Origin: Squalus acanthias
Taxonomy: Eukaryota
NCBI GenBank assembly: GCA_030390025.1
Contig: CM059432.1
Location: forward strand, 64,606,001-64,670,000
Direction of reading: 5' to 3'
DNA: 64,000 nt
The stretch's first letter is position 1. Each line of letters starts with the position of its first letter. Below are positions 11,851-22,573 of this stretch, piece after piece. A program made the translations under genes and the position numbers. The notes below the pieces were generated by a model. It ran no database searches. It was not told where the DNA came from and was given only the letters and a program-made list of their open reading frames with translations.

Positions 11851-13671
11851 CCCAATGTGGGAGGTGTGAACGTCATAAATATTTCCTACACTAGTTTCAA
11901 GATCTCGTGACTAGATTCAAAACAAAAGATACTTAGCAAACTTTAACATTTTTATTACCATTGACTAGATGCTATTTTGCAGTATTGAAATACAAACAAT
12001 GATAGTGGAGCAAGCCTAGAACCCCTTGTGGTTCAAAAACTACAAAATGAAAAGCTTGGCCATTCAATTAATTAACATGTTCAATTCCTATTAACCAGCA
12101 AAATTGCCACCTATAGAATTACTAATCACATATGTATAATCCGTTGATGACCTGCCTGTATTTTGAGTTGACAGTGTGCACCTAGGTTTTTAACACCTTA
12201 TATACTATTACTTGTAATATGCCATCCAAATCAATAAACCAATGCAGGCAAAACTTCTTCAGTTTTTGTCATAATCCTTTTTTTTTTAACACAGTCAATA
12301 TGCACCACCCCAGTAATAGTGTTCTACGATGAAAAATGTAAGTGCTGAATTGTCCTAAAGTCTCTATCACTCAGATTCTCATTACCATGTCAGTGCTCCT
12401 CTGAACATCTCTTGTTTTTAAGATGGTAAACCTATAAATGATGTGAGAAGCATTAATCAAAGGGTATCAGACCAATCCTTTTGTCCTTCTCTCATATACG
12501 CGCCATAAAATTAGGTAGGAATTTATCATTCATGTCGATGGGTTATAAGATGTTTAAAACTCAGCTTGCCTTTAAACTATATTACCTAGCTAATCCAAGT
12601 ATATTAGTACTTACACAGTGGAGATGCAGAGTGAAGTGCTTCATTTCTGATTGTCAGATTCATAAAAGGCAAATTAGAACACAGAGAAGCATTGTCCAAC
12701 ATTATTTGACACATCAATGATAATATGACTAACACCATCACAAAGTTATGCATAAAATATAGGAAGTTATTATTAAATGACAAGAGTCTAAATCATTACA
12801 GGCACAAATGTAGTTTAAGTGTATCACAATATTTCAGTAGTAACTGGATTCTCTATGATTATAGCATAAGAGAGTTACATTCAATGGACAAAGTTACTGG
12901 ATGTTATAGCAAGGTTAAATTAACAGTTGGTAATCAATGCATCGCGAGTAAACTTCCAGATGAAAACAATCAGGCTACTGCTATATAATCGAAGCCCAGG
13001 CATACAACTTGTCCATCTAGTAGATGGGCTGTTGCAGCATCAGCTGTTTACCTTCCTCTGGGCATAGCTTCATCTATGAGGATGCCTGTGGCGAGTTGCC
13101 ATTTGTGCGTGTGTCTTCTTTGTTTAGTCATCATCTTTTCATCCTGGTTGAACTAACCTCACAGATATGGTTTCTCTCTGTATTGCTATACAATTACTTT
13201 ACTCTATCTGTACTCTGGCCGCGAAATTCGGCACATTAGCGGCGGCAGTTAAGGACGGTTTGGGAAAAAAAATGGCGACCGCCTCGCTTCCGCCCACTTC
13301 CGGCATGGCCATTGCTGGTCACCATCTTGGTGAGGACGTGCGTGTGCCGGAAGTATACAGAGTAGGCAGATCGTGACTGGAGTCAGAATGTAATGCTAAT
13401 TTGACGCACGACCTGCCATTTTGGACATCGCCGTTCGAAACAACGCCCTCTCCTAAACATGCACAGCTGAACGGGCGTTCAGTTGCATGAGGGACTCCCC
13501 ACCACCGCAATTTAAACTGATAGATCTATCTTGCAGCTAAGTTGATTATTTCTCTTGTACTGGCTCTTGCAGAGTTTATATAAATACTGGCTTGCTGGAA
13601 GACATTTATAATGTTGTTAAAGTGTGCAGGGAGTGCTGCTGGACGTTGGGAAGGCATTGGCTGCTACTGTC

Positions 13672-14635
13672 ATGGCGGTGTCTACTTGCAGTCCCCCTCG
13701 TGCTGCAGCATGACAGGGAGATGTAGCAGAGGCAGCAAAGACAAGCTGCTCACAGAGGGAGGAGGAGGAGGGGGAGGAGGGCTCTCAGCAGGAGGCCTTA
13801 CCTACCTAAGATCTTCAGGGAGCACTTCTCCTACCTGCACCTAAGCCAGAAGCAGTGTGTTCGGCAGCTCTGTTTCACCAAGGAGGTGGTCACAGAACTC
13901 TGCCACCTCTTGGAACCAGACATGCAGCCTCAGAGCAGGGTGGCGACGGCTCTGCCAGTGGCCCTCAAGGTGACAGTGGCCCTGAATTTTTTCACCAGCG
14001 GATCCTTCCAGGCTGGAACAGGTGACATAGCAAACATCTCGCAGTTCACCATCCATCGCTGCATGGTAACAGAGGCTCTGTAGTCTAGGAGAGGAACTTA
14101 ATTGTCTTCTCTCTAAACAGGAAGAGTGCGCACGTGGCTTTTCCTGGATATCGGGCTTCCCCATGGTGCAGGGCGCACTCGACTGCACACACGTGGCTTT
14201 GCTGGAGCCGCATATCAATGTTTCGATGTACCATAACTGCAAAGGGTACCACTCATTTAATGTACAGTTGGTGTGCGACCACGCCCAGCACATCATGATG
14301 GCAAATGCCTGCTATCCTGGCAGCAGTCAAGATGCAATCATCCTGCGCCAGTCCGCTGTGCCAGCAATCTTCCAGCCACCACATTGAACCCGAGGGTGGC
14401 TGCTTGTGACTAGGGCTATCCGCTCTACAGCTGGCTGATGACTACCCTCCGTAAACCCACCACTCAAGGCCAGAAATCATATAATGAGAGCCATGCTGCG
14501 GGAGGAAGAGGAGGAAGGGGAGGAGGAGGAAGAGGAAGAGGAGGAGGAGAAGGATGAAGGGAGAAGGCAGCCTGCAAATCCCCCTTCCGGACGGGCTGTC
14601 TGTGAGTGCATCATAAGACTCTGCTTCCCCTGAAT
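13672..14635 (+). pseudogene. Harbinger transposase, disrupted
   Basis: ALPVALKVTVALNFFTSGSFQ, VQGALDCTHV, KGYHSFNVQLVCDH, YPGSSQDAIIL. Confidence 0.9.
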
Positions 14636-14704
14636 GAAATTCCAGATCCCCATTGATCAACTTCCCCACCTTATCATCTCTCTGTCACGGAACATCACAG
14701 CGTC

Positions 14705-15889
14705 CTTCAGGTGCTTATCCAATTCCCTTTTGAAAGCCATGATTGAATCTGCCTCCACCACCCTTTCAGGCAGTGCATTCCAGATCCTAACCACACACTG
14801 CATAAAAAAGTTTTCCCTCATGTCGCCTTTGGTGCTTCTGTCAATCACCTTAAATCTGTGTCCTCTGGTTCTTGACCCTTCCGCCAATGGGAACAGTACC
14901 TCTCTATCTACTCTGTCTAGACCCCTCATGATTTTGAACACCTCTATCAGATCTCCTCTCAACCTTCTCTGCTCTAAGAAGAACAACCCCAGCTTCTCCT
15001 GTCTATCCACGTAAGTGAAGTCCCTCATCCCTGAAACCATTCTTGTAAATCTTTTCTGCAACCTCTCTGAGGCCTTCACATCCTTTCTTAAATGTGATGC
15101 CCAGAATTGGACACAATACTCCAGTTGAGGCCGAATCAATGTTTTATAAAGGTTCATCATAACTTCCTTGCTTTTGCATTCTATGCCTCTATTTATGAAG
15201 CCCAGGATCCCGTATGCTTTTTTAACCACTTTCTCAACCTGCCCTGCCACCTTCAACGATTTGTGCACATATACCCCAAGGTCTCTCTGTTCCTGCACCC
15301 ACTTTAGAATTATACCCTTTAGTTTATATTGTCTCTCCTCGTTCTTCCTACCAAAATGTATCACTTCGCACTTTTCTGCTTTAAATTTCATTTGCCACGT
15401 GTCTGCCCATTCCACCAGCCTGTCTATGTCCTCTTGAAGTCTATCACTATCCTCCTCACTGTTCACTATACTTCCAAGTTTTGTGACATCTGGAAATGTT
15501 GAAATTGTGCCCTGTACACCCAAGTCTAAGTCATTAATATATATCAAGAAAAGCAGTGGTCTCAGTACCAACCCCTGGGAAACTGTATATCTTCCTCCAG
15601 TCCAAAAACTAACCATTCACCACTACTCTGTTTCCTGTCACTTAGCCAATTTCGTATCCATGCTGCCACTGTCCCTTTTATTCCATGGGCTTCAACTTTG
15701 CTGGCAAACCTATTATGTGGCACTTTATCAAACGCCTTTTGGAAATCCATGTACACCACATCAACCGTATTGCCCTCATCAACCCTCTCTGTTATCTCAT
15801 CAAAAAACTCAGTCAAGTTAGTTAAACCTGATTTGCCTTTGACAAATTCATGCTGGCTTTCCTTAATTAATCCACACTTGTCCAAGTGT
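14705..15889 (-). mobile_element. CR1 LINE ORF2 fragment (RT)
   Basis: [58 protein letters not shown]. Confidence 0.93.
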
Positions 15890-15894
15890 CTCTA

Positions 15895-16199
15895 ATGGAG
15901 TACTCTAATGGAGTTGTCCATCACTTCCATCCTGGAAATCATGGGCTCCAAGCTCAGTGTAAAGCCCCGTGCAAGTTTGGATCCGAACAACTCCATGCTC
16001 CTTGATGGTGATAAAAGGCTCTGTGGCAGGCTTGCCAATGCACCAAGCATTTCATTGTGCATGCCCATCACCCTTCTTCTGAAGGCCGCGCCATCGAAGT
16101 GCTCATTTGATTTCTCTGCAGCAGAACTTGTGTGTGAGCTCGCCCTCTGGGGAGCTGGCTCCTGCGCTACCCTTTCCCCCTGCCCTGGCTGCAGGCTAC
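15895..16199 (-). pseudogene. H2 Myb gene exon 3, downstream part
   Basis: GERVAQEPAP...FDGAAFRRRVMGMHNEMLGALASLP, homologous to 23925-24200 and 41200-41470. Confidence 0.85.
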
Positions 16200-16371
16200 T
16201 GTAAGAAATCATGAATTGTGATTTGTAAAAGAAAGTGGTTTTATAAAATGGAATGGGTTTGCCTCGCTCAGGCAGCCAGAACGAACTGATGACACAGAAC
16301 AATTCTAATCATGTCAGATAAAGATTTTCACAGAGAGCTCGTTTACAAGGGCATAATGCATGAATAGGCGC

Positions 16372-18137
16372 CATGAATATCCCCATCCTCAATGATGGTG
16401 GAGCCCAACACGTGAGTGCAAAAGACAAGGCTGAAGCATTTGCAACCATCTTCAGCCAGAAGTGCCGAGTGGATGATTCATATCGGCCTCCTCCTGAGGT
16501 CCCCACCATCACAGAAGCCAGTCTTCAGCCAATTCGATTCACTCCAAGTGATATCAAGAAACGGCTGAGCGCATTGGATACAGCAAAGGCTGTGGGCCCC
16601 AACAACATCCCGGCTATCGTGCTGAAGACTTGAGCTCCAGAACTAACCGCGCCTCTAGCCAAGCTGTTCCAGTACAGCTACAACACTGGCATCTATCCGA
16701 CAATGTGGAAAACTGCCCAGGTATGTCCTGTCACAAAAAGCAGGACAAATCCAATCCAGCCAATTACGGCTCCATCAATCTACTCTCAATCATCAGCAAA
16801 GTGATGGAAGATGTCATCAACAGTGCTATCAAGCGACACTCACTCACCAATAACCTGCTCACCGATGCCCAGTTTGGGTTCCGCCAAGACCACTCGCTCC
16901 AGACCTCATTACAGCCTTGGTGCAAGCATGGACAAAGGAGCTGAATTCCAGAGGTGAGGTGAGAGTGACTGCCCTTGAGATCAAGGCAGCATTTGACCGA
17001 GTCTGCCATCAGGGAGCCCTAGTAAAACTGAAGTCAATGGGAATCAGGGGGAAAACTCTCCACTGGCTGGAGTCATACGTAACACAAAGGAAGATGGTTG
17101 TGGTGGTTGAAGGTCAATCATCACAGCCCCAGGACATCGCTGCAGGAGTTCCTCAGGGCAGTGTCCTAGGCCCAACCATCTTCAGCTGCTTCATCAATGA
17201 CCTTCCCTCCATCATAGGCTCAGTAGTGGGATGTTCGCTGATGACTGCACAGTGTTCAGTGCCATTCACAACTTCTCAAATAATGAAGCATTCCGTGACC
17301 GCATGCAACCAGACCTGGACGACATTCAAGCTTGGGCTGATAAGTGGTTGGTAACACTCGCGCCACAGAAGTGCCAGGCAATGACTATCTCCAAAAAGCG
17401 AGAGTCTAACCACCGCCCCTTGACATTCAATGGCATGACCATCGCCGAATCCCCTTCCATCAATATCCTGGGGGTCACCGTTGACCAGAAACTTAACTGG
17501 ACTAGCCACATAAATACTGTGGCAACAAGAGCAGGTCAGAGGCTAGGTATTCTGCGGCGAGTGTCTCACCTCCTGACTCCCCAAAGCCTTTCCACCATCT
17601 ACAAGGCACAAGTAAGGAGTGTGATGGAATACTCTCCACTTGCCTGGATGAGTGCAGCTCCAACAATACTCAAGAAGTTCGACACCATCCAGGACAAATC
17701 AGCTCACTTGATTGGCACCCCATCCACCATGTTAAACATTCACTCCCTCCACCACCGGCGTACCGTGGCTGCAGTGTGTACCATCTACAAGATGCACTGC
17801 AGCAACTCGCCAAGGCTTCTTCAGCAGCGCCTCCCAGACCTGCGACCTCTTCCACCTAGAAGGACAAGGGCAGGAGGCGCATGGGAACACCACCACCTCC
17901 ATGTTCCCCTCCAAGTCACACACCATCCTGACTTAGAAGTATATCGCTGATCCTTCATCATCGCTGGGTCAAAATCCTTGAACTCCCTACCTAACAGCCC
18001 TGTGGGAGTACCTTCACCACACTGCAGCGGTTCAAGAAGGAGGCTCACCACCACCTCCTCAAGGGCAATTCGGGATGGGCAATAAATGCTGGCTTTGCCA
18101 GTGATGCCCACATCCCATAAACGAATAAAAAAAAATA
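16372..18137 (+). mobile_element. Non-LTR retrotransposon of the CR1 group (Zenon-like), 5'-truncated, A-rich tail
   Basis: AGVPQGSVLGP, FADD, IYKAQVRSVMEYSPLAW. Frameshifted. Tail GAATAAAAAAAAA. Confidence 0.88.
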
Positions 18138-18240
18138 ATAAGAGGTTGAGCAAGGAGCCTAATGATAAACAAACTGTCCAAGAGAATGTAATTGAGAGGT
18201 CGCACAACACCAGGTGATAGTCCAACAGTTTTATTTGAAA

Positions 18241-18282
18241 TCACAAGCTTTCGGAGCTATCGAATGCTCCTTCCTCAGGTGA
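18241..18282 (-). ncRNA. Minimal hammerhead ribozyme motif (family 1), complete
   Basis: UCAC-CUGAGGA-A-GGAGC(auucgaua)GCUCC-GAAA-GC-UU-GUGA. Confidence 0.83.
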
Positions 18283-18285
18283 AGT

Positions 18286-18324
18286 CCTGAGGAAGGAGCA
18301 ATCGATAGCTCCGAAAGCTTGTGA
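18286..18324 (+). ncRNA. Hammerhead motif (family 1) lacking most of the 5' strand of stem I
   Basis: C-CUGAGGA-A-GGAGC(aaucgaua)GCUCC-GAAA-GC-UU-GUGA. Upstream bases are AGUC rather than UCAC. Confidence 0.7.
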
Positions 18325-18833
18325 TTTCAAATAAAACTGTTGGACTATAACCTGGTGTTGTGCGACCTCTCAATTTTGTCCACCCCAGTCCAACACCGGC
18401 ATCTCCGCATCAAGAGAATGTAACCAGAGGTCAAAACAAGAGATAAGCAAAGGAATGATCTCGTGGGATGGGGGAAGATTTTCAACTGAAAGTTGAGACA
18501 AAGAACTCGACATACCATTGGACACCTTGGTTTAGGAAGAGCCCTTATAGGTCAGATACTCCTCTCCATAATCTACCCTAGGCCCACCCCTAAAAAGAGA
18601 ATAAAAGAGATATCAAAAGAGCCTTTAGCACAGACGGTGAAGGGAAGGGAAGAGCTGTTCGCATATGCCAGCCGTCTGTCCTATTGGGACCGATACCAGC
18701 TGCTTGTCACGGTCGTATGTCTACTATGTCTATATTTGATTATATTTGGACTACCGCTCCTTAATAAAATGACCTATGACTCCTAATACCCTTTTGGGTA
18801 ATCTGTGTGTGACCTGTGATCCAAATCTTACAG

Positions 18834-18849
18834 TGGTGTCAGAAGTGGG
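18834..18849 (+). other. Primer-binding site complementary to the tRNA-Leu 3' end
   Basis: TGGTGTCAGAAGTGGG one base downstream of the LTR end ...TCTTACA. Confidence 0.85.
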
Positions 18850-18985
18850 GTCATCGAGCAGGAGTCATACGGACCTCGGTTTATGAAAACCAGGAAGAGT
18901 TGGTCGACCGTGTCTGATCATCGCCAACACTGGGTAGGGAACTCTGAGAGAGGGAGTGTGTCAAATAAGTGAAACCAGTGATACA

Positions 18986-20203
18986 ATGGCATTGGCATAT
19001 CACAGGGAACAGTTGATAGATAGCTTGACAGAGACATTAGGGGCCCCGGGGGCCCAAGAGGTTATTGGAGTCATCCAAAAGGACGGAAGTAGTTACTCCA
19101 AGCAGTGTCCTAGGCATAACCATCTTCAGCTGCTTCATCAATGACCTTCCCTCCATCATAAGGTCAGAAGTGGGGACGTTCGCTGATGACGGCACAGTGT
19201 TCAGTGCCATTCACAACTCCTCAGATAATGAAGCAGTCCATGCCCGCATGTAGCAAGACCTGGACGACATTCAGACTTGGGTTGATAAGTGGCAGAAAAC
19301 ATTCGCGCCACACAAGTGCCAGGCAATGACTATATCAACAAGCGAGCGTCTAACCACCACCCCTTAACATTCAACAGCATTACCATCACCGAAACCCCCA
19401 CCAGCAATACCCTGGGGGTCACCATTGACCAGAATCTTAATTGGACCAGCCACATAAATACTGTGGCACCAAGAGCAGGTCAGAGGCTAGGTATTCTGCG
19501 GCGAGTGTTTCACCTCCTGACTCCCCAAAGCCTTTCTACCATCTACAAGGCACAAGTAAGGAGTGTGATGGAATACTTTCCACTTGCCTGGATGAGTGCA
19601 GCTCCAACAACACTCAAGAGGCTCAACACCATCCAAGACAAAGCAGCCCGCTTGATTGGCACCCCATCCACCACCTTAAACATTCACTCCCTCCACCACC
19701 GGTGTACTGTGGCTGCAGTGTGTACCATCTACAAGATGTACTACAGCAACAGCCAAGGCTTCTTCGGCAGCACCTCCCAAACCCGTGACCTCTTCCAACT
19801 AGAAGGACAAGGGCAGCAGGCGCATGGGAACACCACCACCTCCAAGTTCCCCTCCAAGTCACACACCATCCTGACTTAGAAGTATATCGCCGATCCTTCA
19901 TCGTTGCTGGCTCAAAATCCTGGAACTCCCTCCCTAACTGCACTGTGGGAGTACTTTCACCACACGGACTGCAGCGGTTCAAGAAGGCAGCTCACCACCA
20001 CCTTCTCAAGGGAATTAGGGATGGGCAATAAATGCTGGCCTTGCCAGCGACGCCCAGATCCCATGAATGAATTTTTTTTAAAGTGCTTGGACGAGATAGC
20101 ATCCCAAGTGAATGTGAAGAAGCATAAAGAGCAGGAGAGAGAGTGGGAGGCAGGGAGGGGGAGGTCTTCCTCTGAGGTGAATTTCATACTGGCTTCGGCC
20201 TAA
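18986..20203 (+). pseudogene. Probable gag N-terminus of the LTR element, split by a LINE
   Basis: MALAYHREQL...DGSSYSK (ends AAG 19100-19102) rejoins in frame with KCLDEIASQVNVKK (AAG 20081-20083). Gag identity is inferred from position after the PBS only. Confidence 0.45.
19103..20080 (+). mobile_element. Zenon-like CR1-group LINE, 5'-truncated
   Basis: Highly similar to 17160-18125; FADD and IYKAQVRSVMEY motifs. Confidence 0.9.
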
Positions 20204-20480
20204 CACCTCCGCCAGCCTCGGGAGACGTCCAAAGAGGAAGAGACCACTGCCGCAGGCTGCAGGGATCCTAGACCACCGTTCTGCCGCAACCTCCGTCCGT
20301 CTGTCCGTCCGTCCGTTCCGGGGCCGGTAAACCATTCTCATCTCTTACGGGTTGTATATCTACTATGTCTATCCTGATTTAAATATATATTTGACCTGCT
20401 GCTCCTTAATAAAATGACCTATGACTCCTAAGACCCTTTGGGTAATCTGTGTGTGACCTGTCATCCAAATCTTACACTAC

Positions 20481-21488
20481 TCGTGCCCAGTGACTCACCA
20501 TGTGCGGATCCCACCTCTATACTACCCTCTAAAGTTCATGCAGTGTAATTTTCTGAGCTGGTGCCTGCGAGTGTCAGATTGAGTGATGGTGTCTCTTCTC
20601 CATCACTCTCCTCCTCTACTTCCTCCTGCACAGGCTAGGCTGGTGGCAGTTCTTGTGTATCTGAAAGGAGAAAGGTACAAGAGTCAGGTTGTGGTGAGGG
20701 GAGGGGGGCAAGCAAGATGTACATGCTTACACCATCAGCAGCTTGTAAATGAGATGAGATTGTGGGATGAGGGGAAGTGGGATGTGAGATGAATGATTAG
20801 GTATGAGCATACCGTCATCATCAATGCTTTCAGCCTCTCTAATCGCCATGGCCTCAGTGATGGCCCATTCAATTATACCGAGAACCGTCTCCTCCAGCTG
20901 GGTCAGGTGCTGCAGCTATGCTTGCCCCCTGCCTGTTAGCTCTGCCGGTTATGTGCCACCTTGGCCTGAAAGAGAAAGGGAAGTGTGCCAGTGTGCGTGG
21001 TGCAATGTGTTTGGGCGACGTGCCAGTCATGATAAAATAGCTGACATTGTGTTCAAGTGTGAGATAATGGTGTGAGGTTCGCAACAGTGGTAAGAGTGTG
21101 AGGGTGAGGTGAAGCTATGATTGTGAGGTATGAGTCGTGATTGATACAAATTGTTGGTAGGTGAGTGATGGGGATGTGGTGCATTGAGCAGTGTGTGAGG
21201 CTAGTGGTGCAGTTTGTGGGATATGGCATTTGAAGATGCATTCACTGACCTTGACCACTCGTGTGAGGTCATTAAACTTCTTCCAGCACTGGATCCAGGT
21301 CCTGGGGGAAAGACTAGTGGCACTGACCGCTTCAGCGATCTGCTCCCACTGCCTTTGTACAGTGTGTCTGGAAGGCCACCTGGCCCCCTGTGGGTAGAGG
21401 ACCTATTTCTTCCTATTGACCCCCTGCACCAAGGCCACCAGGGCTGCGTCCAAGACCAAGGTGCCATTTCTCTGCTCTGTTGTAACAT
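20481..21488 (-). pseudogene. H2 Myb/SANT gene, exons 1-2 and start of exon 3
   Basis: RQWEQIAEAVSA...RTWIQCWKKFNDLTRVVK|GTCAGT. Intron sequences match the other copies. Confidence 0.85.
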
Positions 21489-21869
21489 TGCTAACTTCCC
21501 CTTTGCCTAGCTCCACTCAGAATGATGTACTTCTTTCACAAAGCACCTCCCCTTTAAGAAATGCAGAGAGCATTTCACTCTGCAAGCAACCTTTAAATAC
21601 AGAGCAGACTTCCCACGATATTGGGCCCCCTACTGAGCGCTGAGTCTACCAGCAGCACATTTAGTGCTGGGCTCAACGCTTCAATCATGTTAACGTGAAG
21701 CCAGCATGAATTTCGCGTGCTGTCTGCACTACTTTCAACGAGTGCAGGCAGATCGTGCATTGCGATCCCCACACCCGTTTTCGGGCCTTATCCAATTTAG
21801 CCCACAGAGACTTGAACTGTTAAATAACAGTTGTGATACACTTTAAAATTCACTTCTGCCCGATTAAAT

Positions 21870-22300
21870 ACCATAGGGTTGACCTGTCCATGTAGGGAAG
21901 CATTGTTTGACCAGTGCAATGGTCAGCTCATTGATGACTTTATGGGTCATATGGGTCAGGCTGTATCTCTGTTCAACCAGCGAGTGTGGGATTTGGAGAG
22001 GTGTCATGAGTAGTTGTAAAGCAGATAATCCTTTGCCCCAAGCAGCAAGCCTCTGACTTTCTGTGCTCAAAGAGTGGGGGAATCGAGATCTGGCACAGCA
22101 TTTGGGCATATGGCAGCTGCCAAGATACGGTCAGAGATCTACATAATCCACTGGTGGTGATCACTTACCAGCTGAACATTAAGGACGAGGAAGCTGTTTC
22201 CATTCATGAAGGTTGCTGCCTCATTGGCAGGTATCCTGATGGCAACATGGGTGCAGTCAATCACATCCTGTACTTGGGGGTAGCTTGCTATGGTATCAAA
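21870..22300 (-). pseudogene. Ancient Harbinger transposase relic
   Basis: YLGSCH..., LLMTPLQIPHSLVEQRYS..H...VINELTIALVKQCF align by eye with the transposase C-terminal half. Confidence 0.55.
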
Positions 22301-22573
22301 CCTACAGCCTTACCTGCTGGTGCCTGGTGTCCATGGGTGGCTGGGTCACCCTTATGAAGGCCACCAACAAAATGGTGGTTGGCGGATCGGGAATGGGAAA
22401 GGGGCAGTAAGTTCAGCACTGCAATTTTCATTCTGGAAATGAAATGTAACAGCATTTTAAAGTGTCAACTTAGCTCAATGATAGCACTCTTGTCTCTGAC
22501 TTAGAAAATTAGAAGTTCAAGTTCCACTCCAAGATGTGAGCCAATATTTTAGGCCAATACTCCAGAGGTGCTT

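Larger units (their letters stand above)
18192..18410. mobile_element. Penelope inverted pLTR pair (non-coding mini-insertion)
   Basis: Two inverted copies of the sequence at 260-387, flanked by direct repeat CAAGAGAATGTAA (18179-18191, 18411-18423). Confidence 0.92.
16200..20476 (+). mobile_element. LTR retroelement (Gypsy/ERV-like), internally deleted
   Basis: TGTAAGA...TCTTACA termini, 4-bp TSD CTAC (16196-16199, 20477-20480). 5' LTR ends 18832 followed by a PBS. Second LTR end at ~20350-20476. Confidence 0.88.
13217..21803. mobile_element. Harbinger transposon (H2) interrupted by nested CR1, LTR, LINE and Penelope insertions
   Basis: Termini GGCCGCGAAATTC (13217) and CCAATTTAGCCC (21803). 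Transposase on +, Myb gene on - split by the LTR element. Confidence 0.75.

Noticed and set aside
13052..13143. Possible minus-strand exon DEKMMTKQ...
   Set aside because: The acceptor lacks a polypyrimidine tract and the peptide is unrecognised.
14634..15821. Plus-strand ORFs overlapping the CR1 (and similar antisense ORFs over other LINEs)
   Set aside because: They are shadow frames of LINE ORF2 with no independent evidence.
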